The notes under the pieces were generated by a model, which was given only the letters and a program-made list of their open reading frames with translations, had not been told where the DNA came from and did no database searches. The translations under genes were made by a program, and so were the position numbers. Shown piece by piece: positions 1-7,954 of a stretch of 64,000 nucleotides of DNA (its first letter is position 1; the number at the start of each line of letters is the position of its first letter). The stretch spans positions 71,331 through 135,330 of the forward strand of contig CAYPKD010000001.1 in NCBI GenBank assembly GCA_964411255.1. The letters run 5' to 3'. The stretch comes from an uncultured Gammaproteobacteria bacterium (GTDB lineage Bacteria; Patescibacteriota; Patescibacteriia; UBA11705; DATKZF01).

Positions 1-650
1 ATCAAACCAACTGCAAAAGCAATGGAGAATCCAATATTAATAAGTGATACTAAAATTGAAACTTTAATATTATTGACATATAACTTCCAGGCTAATTGGA
101 TTGCTGTGCCTACAGATTTATCCTCTAACACAGCATAAATAAGAATATAGTAAAAAAAGCTACCGAAAATAACCACCGCTAACAAGATCAAAATCAGCCA
201 AACCAAGAAAATCATCATTAAAACCTCTCCCACATACACAGCTAATAATAAAACAGGAAGAACCAGGGCTATTATTGCCACACCAACCAATACTTCTATA
301 CCTAAAACTCGCCAAAACCTTGAAACACCGTAGGTCCATAATGGTTTAAATTTATTTTCTGTTTTCAAAATTGTATTATGAATACCCTTAATAATAGAGC
401 CTTGGCAAATAACAGAAATGATAAAAAGTACTAATGCAATAATAACAGCAATAATAGTCACAATCAATGAAGCTCCGCCAGGCATTTCAGGAAATGCCAA
501 TGTTTGACTTTGCAATGCATCAAAATCAAAATAATTGCGATAACTTACGCTCTCAATACCAGCTGCAATAAAAAGTCCAAATAGCCAAAGTATTTTATTT
601 TTCCAAGCAGTTTTCCATGCTTTTTTTATTAATCCAGAATAATTAAACAT
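1..650 (-). CDS. Integral membrane protein, 3' end outside the window
   Basis: Manual translation from ATG at 650: MFNYSGLIKKAWKTAWKNKILWLFGLFIAAG..., with several hydrophobic segments; GGAGG upstream; absent from the ORF track because it runs off the window. Confidence 0.75.
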   Translation of the reverse strand, partial: MFNYSGLIKKAWKTAWKNKILWLFGLFIAAGIESVSYRNYFDFDALQSQTLAFPEMPGGASLIVTIIAVIIALVLFIISVICQGSIIKGIHNTILKTENKFKPLWTYGVSRFWRVLGIEVLVGVAIIALVLPVLLLAVYVGEVLMMIFLVWLILILLAVVIFGSFFYYILIYAVLEDKSVGTAIQLAWKLYVNNIKVSILVSLINIGFSIAFAVGL

Positions 651-725
651 AAAAAAAATCCTCCAATATTTTTATTTTTTAATAACTTATAAATCCTGCA
701 AACCTACTGATCTAATACTCTAATC

Positions 726-1589
726 TTAGTTTAGCAAATCTAATAAATATTTTCCATAACCGCTTTTTTCTAAAGGCTCAGCTAATTTTTGTAATTGAAT
801 CTCATTTATAAATCCTTTTTTATATGCAATCTCCTCAATACATCCAATTTTTAAACCCTGCCTTTCCTCAATTGCCTTTACATACATTGAAGCATCAGCA
901 TAACTTTGAAATGTACCAGTATCCAACCAGGCAAAACCCCGGTCCATTAGTTCCACTCTTAATTTTTTTCGATCTAAATAAGCACTATTAACATCTGTAA
1001 TTTCTAATTCTCCTCTTTTTGAAGGTTTTATTTTTTTTGCAATTTCTATAACATCATTATCATAAAAATACAAACCAACTACAGCATAATTTGACCGAGG
1101 ATGTTCAGGTTTTTCAATAATAGATAAAGCATTTCCCTGATCGTCAAACTCTACTACTCCGTATCTTTGTGGATTTTTAACATAATAGCCAAATATCACT
1201 GCGCCTTCATCAATATTTGCAGCTCTCTCAAGCATTTGATCAAATCCTGGCCCATAAAAAACATTATCACCCAATACTAAACAGGCTTTATCATTTCCAA
1301 CAAAATTTTCACCTAGAATAAACGCCTCTGCTAAACCATTTGGTGCTAACTGTTCAACATATGAAAGATTTAATCCGAATTGAGAACCATCACCAAATAA
1401 TTCTTTAAATCGAGGCAAATCCTGAGGAGTTGAAATAATTAATATATCACGAATTCCAGCCAACATTAAAGTTGATAATGGATAATATACCATTGGCTTG
1501 TCATAAATAGGCAAAAGCTGTTTACACATTGACCTGGTTGCCGGATGCAGTCTAGTTCCAGATCCTCCTGCTAAAATTATTCCTTTCAT
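726..1589 (-). CDS. rfbA: Glucose-1-phosphate thymidylyltransferase
   Basis: [31 protein letters not shown] and WLDTGT motifs. Confidence 0.97.
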   Translation of the reverse strand: MKGIILAGGSGTRLHPATRSMCKQLLPIYDKPMVYYPLSTLMLAGIRDILIISTPQDLPRFKELFGDGSQFGLNLSYVEQLAPNGLAEAFILGENFVGNDKACLVLGDNVFYGPGFDQMLERAANIDEGAVIFGYYVKNPQRYGVVEFDDQGNALSIIEKPEHPRSNYAVVGLYFYDNDVIEIAKKIKPSKRGELEITDVNSAYLDRKKLRVELMDRGFAWLDTGTFQSYADASMYVKAIEERQGLKIGCIEEIAYKKGFINEIQLQKLAEPLEKSGYGKYLLDLLN

Positions 1590-1595
1590 ATCGTT

Positions 1596-2441
1596 TTAGG
1601 TAATAATATTTAAATAATCTCCTAATGCTTTTTTCCAGCTTCTCATTTGAGGCAGCTTTGTATTTTTAAGTGATGAATAAGCTGGCCTTTTTGCTGGCCG
1701 AGGAAATCTACTTGAAGAAACCGGTTTTATTATTACGTTTTTATTTGCAATATTGAAAATTTCCTTTGCAAATCCATACCAGGTGCAGGCTCCTGTATTG
1801 GCAGCATGGTAAATGGCAAAAGGAACACGTTCTGATAAAATCAAAAAAGTTTGAATTGCCAAATCAGGCGAATATGTTGGATTGCTATACTCTTCATCAA
1901 CAATCTCCAACTTATCTTTTTTATCTGCCAAATCCAGCATTACGTCAACAAAACTTTTTTTCGCACCTTCAGAAATTGCCGGTATACCATACAGTCTTGA
2001 AAGCCGGATAATATAATATTTATCTGTTTTATTTTTTACTTGTTCTTCTCCAAGATATTTTGATAATCCATAAGCACTAATCGGATTTGGTTTATCAGTC
2101 TCCACATAGCCAGTCTTTTTCAAACCGTCAAAAATATAATCTGTACTATAGTGAACTAAAACAGCCCCAACTTTTTGGGCTGCTTCTGCTAAATTTCCTG
2201 GTCCAGCAGCATTTACAGCCTGAGCAATAGTAAAATCATTTTCAGCTGCATCAACTGCATTATAGGCTGCTGCATTAATAATTATGTCTGGCCTTAATTC
2301 AGAAATTTCATCTAATACTTCAGATCTGTTTGTAATATCTAAATCATCTTTATCATACAGAAAAGGATTTTCAATTGAAAAAACTCTGGCCAAATCCTGA
2401 CCGAGCATTCCCTGGGCTCCGATAATTAAAATTCTTTTCAT
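1596..2441 (-). CDS. rfbD: dTDP-4-dehydrorhamnose reductase
   Basis: GAQGMLG, STDYIFDG, YGLSK, RPAKRPAYS motifs; start taken at MKRIL. Confidence 0.95.
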   Translation of the reverse strand: MKRILIIGAQGMLGQDLARVFSIENPFLYDKDDLDITNRSEVLDEISELRPDIIINAAAYNAVDAAENDFTIAQAVNAAGPGNLAEAAQKVGAVLVHYSTDYIFDGLKKTGYVETDKPNPISAYGLSKYLGEEQVKNKTDKYYIIRLSRLYGIPAISEGAKKSFVDVMLDLADKKDKLEIVDEEYSNPTYSPDLAIQTFLILSERVPFAIYHAANTGACTWYGFAKEIFNIANKNVIIKPVSSSRFPRPAKRPAYSSLKNTKLPQMRSWKKALGDYLNIIT

Positions 2442-2534
2442 AAAAATGATAATTAGCAATGCTTACTTATAACTTAAAAGAAATCTGCGGGTTTGTCAAT
2501 CATTTATAATATAACAATAATCTAAACAAAATGA

Positions 2535-2562
2535 AAAGCAGCCAAATGATTGACTGCTTAGG
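2535..2562 (-). terminator. Intrinsic terminator downstream of the 117-aa secreted gene
   Basis: AAGCAG...CTGCTT stem with a T tract on the minus strand. Confidence 0.5.
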
Positions 2563-2650
2563 TAGGAAAACTAATTGGCTCTGGGCTCCAAATTTTCTGG
2601 GTTTGAGTCCAGCCGTTTAGTTTTGTAAAAAGGAAGAGGTTAGGAAGGAA

Positions 2651-3004
2651 TTAGCGGGTGGCGACCACAGGCTGAACCGGCTGGTCCAGCGGGCGAGCGT
2701 TTCGATCAGAATTGGCCGCAGCCAGCAAAAGGTTGATCGAGCGCTTGGCCTCTGCCTTGGCAATCACGTCATCCATGATTGCCTTGGCCGACACTGACTT
2801 CGTGGCCACTGCCTTGGCCTGCTGCTTCGCAGGAGGCTGAGCCACAAAGTACCGCGCCCGACAGTTTTCACCATTGGCATCGCAGGCCAGAACCTGCACA
2901 GCCAGAGAAGGCTCGCCAGTCACAGGCAGCTCTTCCGCAAAGGCCGAGGCCGAAGCGAAGATAATGCCGAAAACGACGAACAGGGTGGTGGTGATGCGTG
3001 TCAT
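2651..3004 (-). CDS. Small secreted hypothetical protein, GC-rich
   Basis: Signal peptide ending ASAFA, one Cys pair, AGGAG SD, visibly higher GC than flanks. Confidence 0.8.
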   Translation of the reverse strand: MTRITTTLFVVFGIIFASASAFAEELPVTGEPSLAVQVLACDANGENCRARYFVAQPPAKQQAKAVATKSVSAKAIMDDVIAKAEAKRSINLLLAAANSDRNARPLDQPVQPVVATR

Positions 3005-3108
3005 GGGAATCTCCTAACCTTATGAAAAAATTGTAACTGTGCACCCCCCGAACGGGGGGATAGTATACCTATCTGAAGGTTTTCCCTCAGACAGACATGC
3101 TATTTTCC

Positions 3109-3283
3109 AAAAAAAGAACTCCCTTTTTGAGGAGTATCTATTACAGCATTTGATACATGATTTAGGATCTATGATCCATGACTCATGTAATTCTCTCTCC
3201 CCAATTTTCATTTTAATATTATATTATATCATATTTTTTTATAAAAGTCAAGAGTATCATTAATTATTTAGCTAAATTTAGCT
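3109..3283 (-). promoter_or_regulatory. Operator, sigma70 promoter and attenuator-like leader, copy 1
   Basis: AGCTAAATTTAGCT palindrome (3270-3283); TTGACT-N17-TATAAT (3251-3223); uORF MSHGS* (3186-3169); ACTCC-loop-GGAGT hairpin plus T tract. Confidence 0.7.
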
Positions 3284-3512
3284 AATTTTATCGAATTTTC
3301 ATCTTCTATACTATGCCTAAATAAATACTCGATATCACACAAATTAATTTATCAAAATATAATCTATTTATTTGTAATCACTTAATAAAAGCACTGCAAA
3401 GACTTTATTTGTAATCCAATGCTGGAAAGCCCTATGCTTTTATTACAAATAGATTTAAAAGGGAAAACAGCAGCTTATTAAGCTACTGCTTTGAGGTAGG
3501 AAATGGGCAGAT

Positions 3513-3920
3513 TTAGCGCGAAACGATCTGCAAAAGGAGCCGTTCCTCAGGGCTCAGCAACCGCTTTTTGTGCGGTTTTGCTTCATCCTGAGCCAGCTCA
3601 GCCAGCAGTTCATCAGCGCTTTTCTTCACGGCAGGGCGCTTGTAGGCAGGCGGAAGCTCACTGGCTTTGATGCGTTTTGGAGCTACCGGACGAAGCCGAT
3701 AGCACACAAATTCGCGACCGCCACCAGGCAGATTCCGCCATTCGCAGGTTTTCTGCGGCAAGGGTTTGCAGGTCACGATAATGACACCAGAATGATGCTC
3801 ATGTTCCACACGCTCATATCCTGGATCACATTTGGGCTTTTTGGCCTGTGCAGCTCCCATGAGAAACAAAGTTCCAACGATAGCCACGAAAATCGCCACC
3901 ATACGAAGAATAATACCCAT
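3513..3920 (-). CDS. Small secreted Cys-containing hypothetical protein, GC-rich
   Basis: GAGGAGG SD before ATG 3920 (MGIILRM), signal peptide ending AQA, 4 Cys. Confidence 0.8.
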   Translation of the reverse strand: MGIILRMVAIFVAIVGTLFLMGAAQAKKPKCDPGYERVEHEHHSGVIIVTCKPLPQKTCEWRNLPGGGREFVCYRLRPVAPKRIKASELPPAYKRPAVKKSADELLAELAQDEAKPHKKRLLSPEERLLLQIVSR

Positions 3921-4005
3921 GATTGCCCTCCTCGAGGTCAAATAGTTGTTAAAAATACCATACCTGTTTAAGGCTCAAATAAGCGCTAAACAGGGATAAT
4001 ATTTA

Positions 4006-4164
4006 TAAAAAGAACTCCTTTTTTTAGGAGTTTCTGATCCATGATCCAAGATTCATGATCTATGACTCATGACCAAACTCTCTCTCCTATATTTTAATAT
4101 TTCATTATAGCATAAATTTTACAAAAAGTCAATCGTATTATATAATATTTGGCTAAATTTAGCT
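4006..4164 (-). promoter_or_regulatory. Operator, sigma70 promoter and attenuator-like leader, copy 2
   Basis: GGCTAAATTTAGCT (4151-4164); TTGACT-N17-TATAAT (4132-4104); uORF MSHRS* (4070-4053); AACTCCT-loop-AGGAGTT hairpin plus T tract. Confidence 0.7.
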
Positions 4165-4231
4165 GAATACATATTTTCACACAAATAAAAAACCCTGAAT
4201 AAATTCAGAGTTTTTTATTATTTTATGTAAT

Positions 4232-5080
4232 TTAAGCTTCTAATTCTATTAATTTTTGTCTAATTGCTATTAACCGCTTTCTATACTCAGTATCTTCTCT
4301 TTCAAAAAAATCTGACAATCTTTCCTGTGATTTTTCACTTATTTTTCGAATAGGGCTTGGTTCTTCCTCAGTAATATCAGCTTCTTCAACTTCAATATCT
4401 GATTCAGGTCCCTCAGCTATTTTTTTTACCACAGTTAATTTCTTACCCTTTAATTCAGCTAATAGTTTTCGTATTGTATTTTCAGCCTCATCTTCTGATA
4501 AAGCCATTATCTCATCTTCATCAAAATTAATAAGATCTGATTCAGTAAATGATAAATCTTCTTTAATTTTAGTAGCAATCACTTCAGTTTCACTTTCATA
4601 TTGAGCATTTGCCTTTTTTAGTGTTTGAAGTATTTCAAATGAACTGGGCTCTTTGCCATATTCTCTATCATGCTTTTTAATAAGTTTATCAACTTCCTGC
4701 ACCAGCTTTCTGGCCTTTGTTTTGCCAGCTTTTTCATATATTTCATTTATCTGAGCCAATAATTCCTGCTCTTGTTTTTCTAAAATATCTGCTGCTTCCT
4801 TTTCTTCTGGTCTTTTTTGCTCTTGTTGCCCTTGTTGTTCAAGTCTTTCTAATTCTTCAGCAGTCATTGCCTCAGCTTCTCCTGGAGCAGTTTCTTCTTC
4901 AGCTCCAACAGAAACTTCTGGTGCTTCATAAGGCCATTTTTCCGGAACACCAGACCTTGTTCGAACCTCAGTTGGCTCGCTAAATTGTTCTGGATTATCT
5001 GACTTTTTTTTAGATTTATCATCTTTTGAGGAACTTTTATCCTTTTTTCCTCCTAATACTTTAGTAAATTTTTCAAACAT
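4232..5080 (-). CDS. Acidic E/K-rich hypothetical protein
   Basis: 282-aa ORF with host-like composition, own TTGATT-N17-TATAAT promoter and terminator at about 4190-4217. Confidence 0.8.
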   Translation of the reverse strand: MFEKFTKVLGGKKDKSSSKDDKSKKKSDNPEQFSEPTEVRTRSGVPEKWPYEAPEVSVGAEEETAPGEAEAMTAEELERLEQQGQQEQKRPEEKEAADILEKQEQELLAQINEIYEKAGKTKARKLVQEVDKLIKKHDREYGKEPSSFEILQTLKKANAQYESETEVIATKIKEDLSFTESDLINFDEDEIMALSEDEAENTIRKLLAELKGKKLTVVKKIAEGPESDIEVEEADITEEEPSPIRKISEKSQERLSDFFEREDTEYRKRLIAIRQKLIELEA

Positions 5081-5197
5081 ATTATTGCTTATTTATTATA
5101 ATTATATTATATCACATATTGATAAAAAAATCAATATTGACAACAAAAACCCTTTATTGTAAGTTTATATAATCTCTATTTATACAGGAGGCAAAAA

Positions 5198-5620
5198 ATG
5201 AGACAGCTTGCATCTTTACAAACTGTTAGAGATAAAAGGATTCTTGAAACAATTCTGCAAAAATTCAGGATCAAACGAATTTCCTGGAGAAAAAGGCTTG
5301 TTCTGGTCAGTAAAGAGCTAGAAGAGCAGGAAGAAATGGTTCTTTATATTTTAACCACTCCAAATCAGGAATTTTTAGATATTGATATGCTTACTCCAAT
5401 CAGTTCAGTGCAGATTAAAAATATTCATTGGAAAAATCTTAAAATCACAGAAGTTCGGCAAACAAAAAGCAGCGAATATCTTCTAATATTTGAATGCAGA
5501 AAACCACCACACGGGTTTAAAAATATTAAAATATCAATTGATCCGAAAAAGGTCACTTTTCATCTGATTGATGAAAATCATCCTCAGGCAGAACATGTTC
5601 AAGTCATTTGCCAATTATAA
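5198..5620 (+). CDS. Hypothetical protein
   Basis: AGGAGG SD, TTGACA upstream, hairpin terminator immediately after the stop. Confidence 0.7.
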   Translation: MRQLASLQTVRDKRILETILQKFRIKRISWRKRLVLVSKELEEQEEMVLYILTTPNQEFLDIDMLTPISSVQIKNIHWKNLKITEVRQTKSSEYLLIFECRKPPHGFKNIKISIDPKKVTFHLIDENHPQAEHVQVICQL

Positions 5621-5645
5621 AAACGTGCCATGCACGTTTTTTTTC
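5619..5645. terminator. Bidirectional intrinsic terminator
   Basis: AAAACGTGC-CAT-GCACGTTTT between convergent genes. Confidence 0.75.
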
Positions 5646-6669
5646 ATGAATTCAAAGCCAAACGATTTTCATACCAATCTTTATAATATTTCTGATAATC
5701 TCCACTTTTCACTCGCTGCCACCACTCTTCATTTTCCATATACCAGTCAATTGTCTTTTTTAATCCTTCATCAAATGTTAATTCAGGTTTCCAGCCAAGC
5801 TCAGCCATTATTTTATAAGATCGTATAGCATAACGTCTGTCATGGCCTGGCCTGTCTTTTACATATTCAATCATTTCTTCGCCATATCCCATATATTGCA
5901 AAATTCTTTTCGTTAAATTTATATTTGAAATTTCATTATTACCACCCATGCAGTATGTTTCTCCTATTTTTCCCTGATGTAAAATCAGGTCAATTCCCCT
6001 ACAATGATCCTTTACATGAATCCAGTCTCTGACATTTAATCCGTCTCCGTAAAGTGGCACTTTTTTTTCTTCCATTAAATTTGTTACAAAAAGTGGAATC
6101 ACTTTTTCAGGAAACTGATACGGGCCGTAATTGTTTGAACAATTTGAAATAGTAATTGGCAAATTGTGCGTTTCAAAATAAGCCCGAACCAAATGATCAG
6201 ATGCGGCCTTTGATGCTGAATAAGGATTTCGCGGATTGTAAATAGTATCTTCGTGGAACATTTCCTTTGATTCAAGTGGCAAAGATCCGAAAACCTCATC
6301 AGTAGAAACATGATGAAAACGCTTATTGCCATTATTTTTTGCAGATTCCAGTAAAGTATAAGTTCCTAAAACATTTGCTTTAACAAATTCATCAGCTCCC
6401 ATAATTGACCGGTCAACCATTGATTCAGCTGCAAAATGAACAACTGCATCCACGTCTTTCATGAATAAATCAAGCAATTCTAAATTATTAATATCACCTT
6501 TTACAAATTTATAATTTGGATGATTTTCAACTGATTTTAAATTCTCCAAATTTCCAGCATAAGTCAGCTTATCAAAATTGATAATTTCATAATTAGGATA
6601 TTTATCCAAAATATAAAGAATAAAATTCGATCCAATAAATCCTGCCCCTCCTGTTACCAATAGTTTCAT
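5644..6669 (-). CDS. rfbB: dTDP-glucose 4,6-dehydratase
   Basis: GGAGFIGSNF, HVSTDEVFG, YSASKA, DRPGHDRRY motifs. Confidence 0.97.
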   Translation of the reverse strand: MKLLVTGGAGFIGSNFILYILDKYPNYEIINFDKLTYAGNLENLKSVENHPNYKFVKGDINNLELLDLFMKDVDAVVHFAAESMVDRSIMGADEFVKANVLGTYTLLESAKNNGNKRFHHVSTDEVFGSLPLESKEMFHEDTIYNPRNPYSASKAASDHLVRAYFETHNLPITISNCSNNYGPYQFPEKVIPLFVTNLMEEKKVPLYGDGLNVRDWIHVKDHCRGIDLILHQGKIGETYCMGGNNEISNINLTKRILQYMGYGEEMIEYVKDRPGHDRRYAIRSYKIMAELGWKPELTFDEGLKKTIDWYMENEEWWQRVKSGDYQKYYKDWYENRLALNS

Positions 6670-6783
6670 ACATTAAATTTTATTTTTGAAGCCTTTTACT
6701 GTATTCATCTTTTATCATTTTTTAAAAAATTTGTAAAGCATTAAAAATTACATATCGTTTTTTTCAAAACTAAGTTCATATCC

Positions 6784-6975
6784 AGCATCAGGGGTCTGGG
6801 GGGCTGATTGCCCCCAGCGTAATAATAAAACTTGATAGTCGCTTCGCATTTGAAGCCCCCCAGCACTTTTTGGTTACTTTTTGGTGCCAAAAAGTAACTT
6901 GGCGCAAGCCCAGAACCGTATGGTTCTGGGCTTGCCAACATTGCAAAGGGCAAAGCAGGCTTTGGCCTGCATTGT
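6784..6975. repeat. Structured intergenic repeat (putative ncRNA or MITE), copy 1
   Basis: Colinear with 36756-36925; several hairpins with compensatory differences between copies. Confidence 0.8.
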
Positions 6976-7045
6976 TAAAATCTAAATTAATTAATATTAA
7001 AACGTCCCCTATTGGGGACGTAAATATTTGAATGTCAATAAAATA

Positions 7046-7477
7046 TCACTTTACATCATTTATCGCACCCTCTGTTTTCAATACATCTTTTATCTGCTTA
7101 GCAATATTAGCCATTTGCCCTTCTTCATATTGCTTACCTGGCCAATGGGTTAATCCGTCATCTTCTTTTCTAGGTATAATATGTAAATGTAAATGATTGA
7201 CAACCTGGCCGGCTATTGCACCATTATTTAATTCCAGATTAAAAGCTTTATAATCTAGAGCCTTCAAAATCGCCTTGGCCACTTTCTTTGTTGCAATAAT
7301 CAAATGGGATAACTCTTCATTTGAAGCTTTAAGTAAATCTTCTACATGTTTTTTTGGTACTATTAAAGTATGTCCTGGATTAACTGGATTTATATCTAAA
7401 AATGCAACTACAAATCCGTCTTCATAAATTTTTTGACTTGGAATTTCATTATTAATGATTTTACAAAATACGCACAT
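7046..7477 (-). CDS. HIT family nucleotide hydrolase
   Basis: CVFCKI N-terminus, GHTL, HLHLHII histidine triad. Confidence 0.95.
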   Translation of the reverse strand: MCVFCKIINNEIPSQKIYEDGFVVAFLDINPVNPGHTLIVPKKHVEDLLKASNEELSHLIIATKKVAKAILKALDYKAFNLELNNGAIAGQVVNHLHLHIIPRKEDDGLTHWPGKQYEEGQMANIAKQIKDVLKTEGAINDVK

Positions 7478-7497
7478 ACAATTAAAATTCTCAATTT

Positions 7498-7953
7498 TTA
7501 ATTATTAATTTTATTTTCAATAACTGGAGCCTCAATTTCTTTGCTTACAGCCTTAAAGGTCCAATATTTGTTCAGGGAAAAATTCCACATCATTACCATT
7601 ACAGTGGCAAAAACTTTTGCCCAATTATACCACAAATGAATATTCTCAATTAAAATGTACATTATTCCCAAATTCAGCAGCAAACCACCTGCACTGACAA
7701 TTAAATATTGGGCATATTGCTGAGCAGCTTTTGAACCCTTTGAATTTTCTAAAAAAGTCCAGTACTTATTCATCATGAAATTATTCGATGCAGCGATAAC
7801 AAATGCAATTGCAGCTGCCAGATATACATTCCATTTAAATACCAGTACTCCTAAATTTAATACGCCAAAATCTATTGCTGTGCCAATAAAACCGACAATG
7901 CAAAATTTGATAAATTGATTTGCAATTTTTGATCTAAATAACTTTTTAATCAT
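7498..7953 (-). CDS. GtrA family flippase-like membrane protein
   Basis: QFIKFCIVG and two NFxxNKYWTF motifs, 4 TM segments. Confidence 0.92.
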   Translation of the reverse strand: MIKKLFRSKIANQFIKFCIVGFIGTAIDFGVLNLGVLVFKWNVYLAAAIAFVIAASNNFMMNKYWTFLENSKGSKAAQQYAQYLIVSAGGLLLNLGIMYILIENIHLWYNWAKVFATVMVMMWNFSLNKYWTFKAVSKEIEAPVIENKINN

Positions 7954-7954
7954 A

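Noticed and set aside
2567-2625. attC-like hairpin after the 117-aa gene (integron cassettes)
   Set aside because: Lacks RYYYAAC/GTTRRRY cores, is not repeated after the second cassette, and there is no integrase.
3020-3263. 63-aa and 74-aa ORFs
   Set aside because: They overlap the promoter and leader and are not conserved in the second cassette.
6741-6953. 70-aa ORF
   Set aside because: Lies over the structured repeat and its start falls in a part not shared with copy 2.
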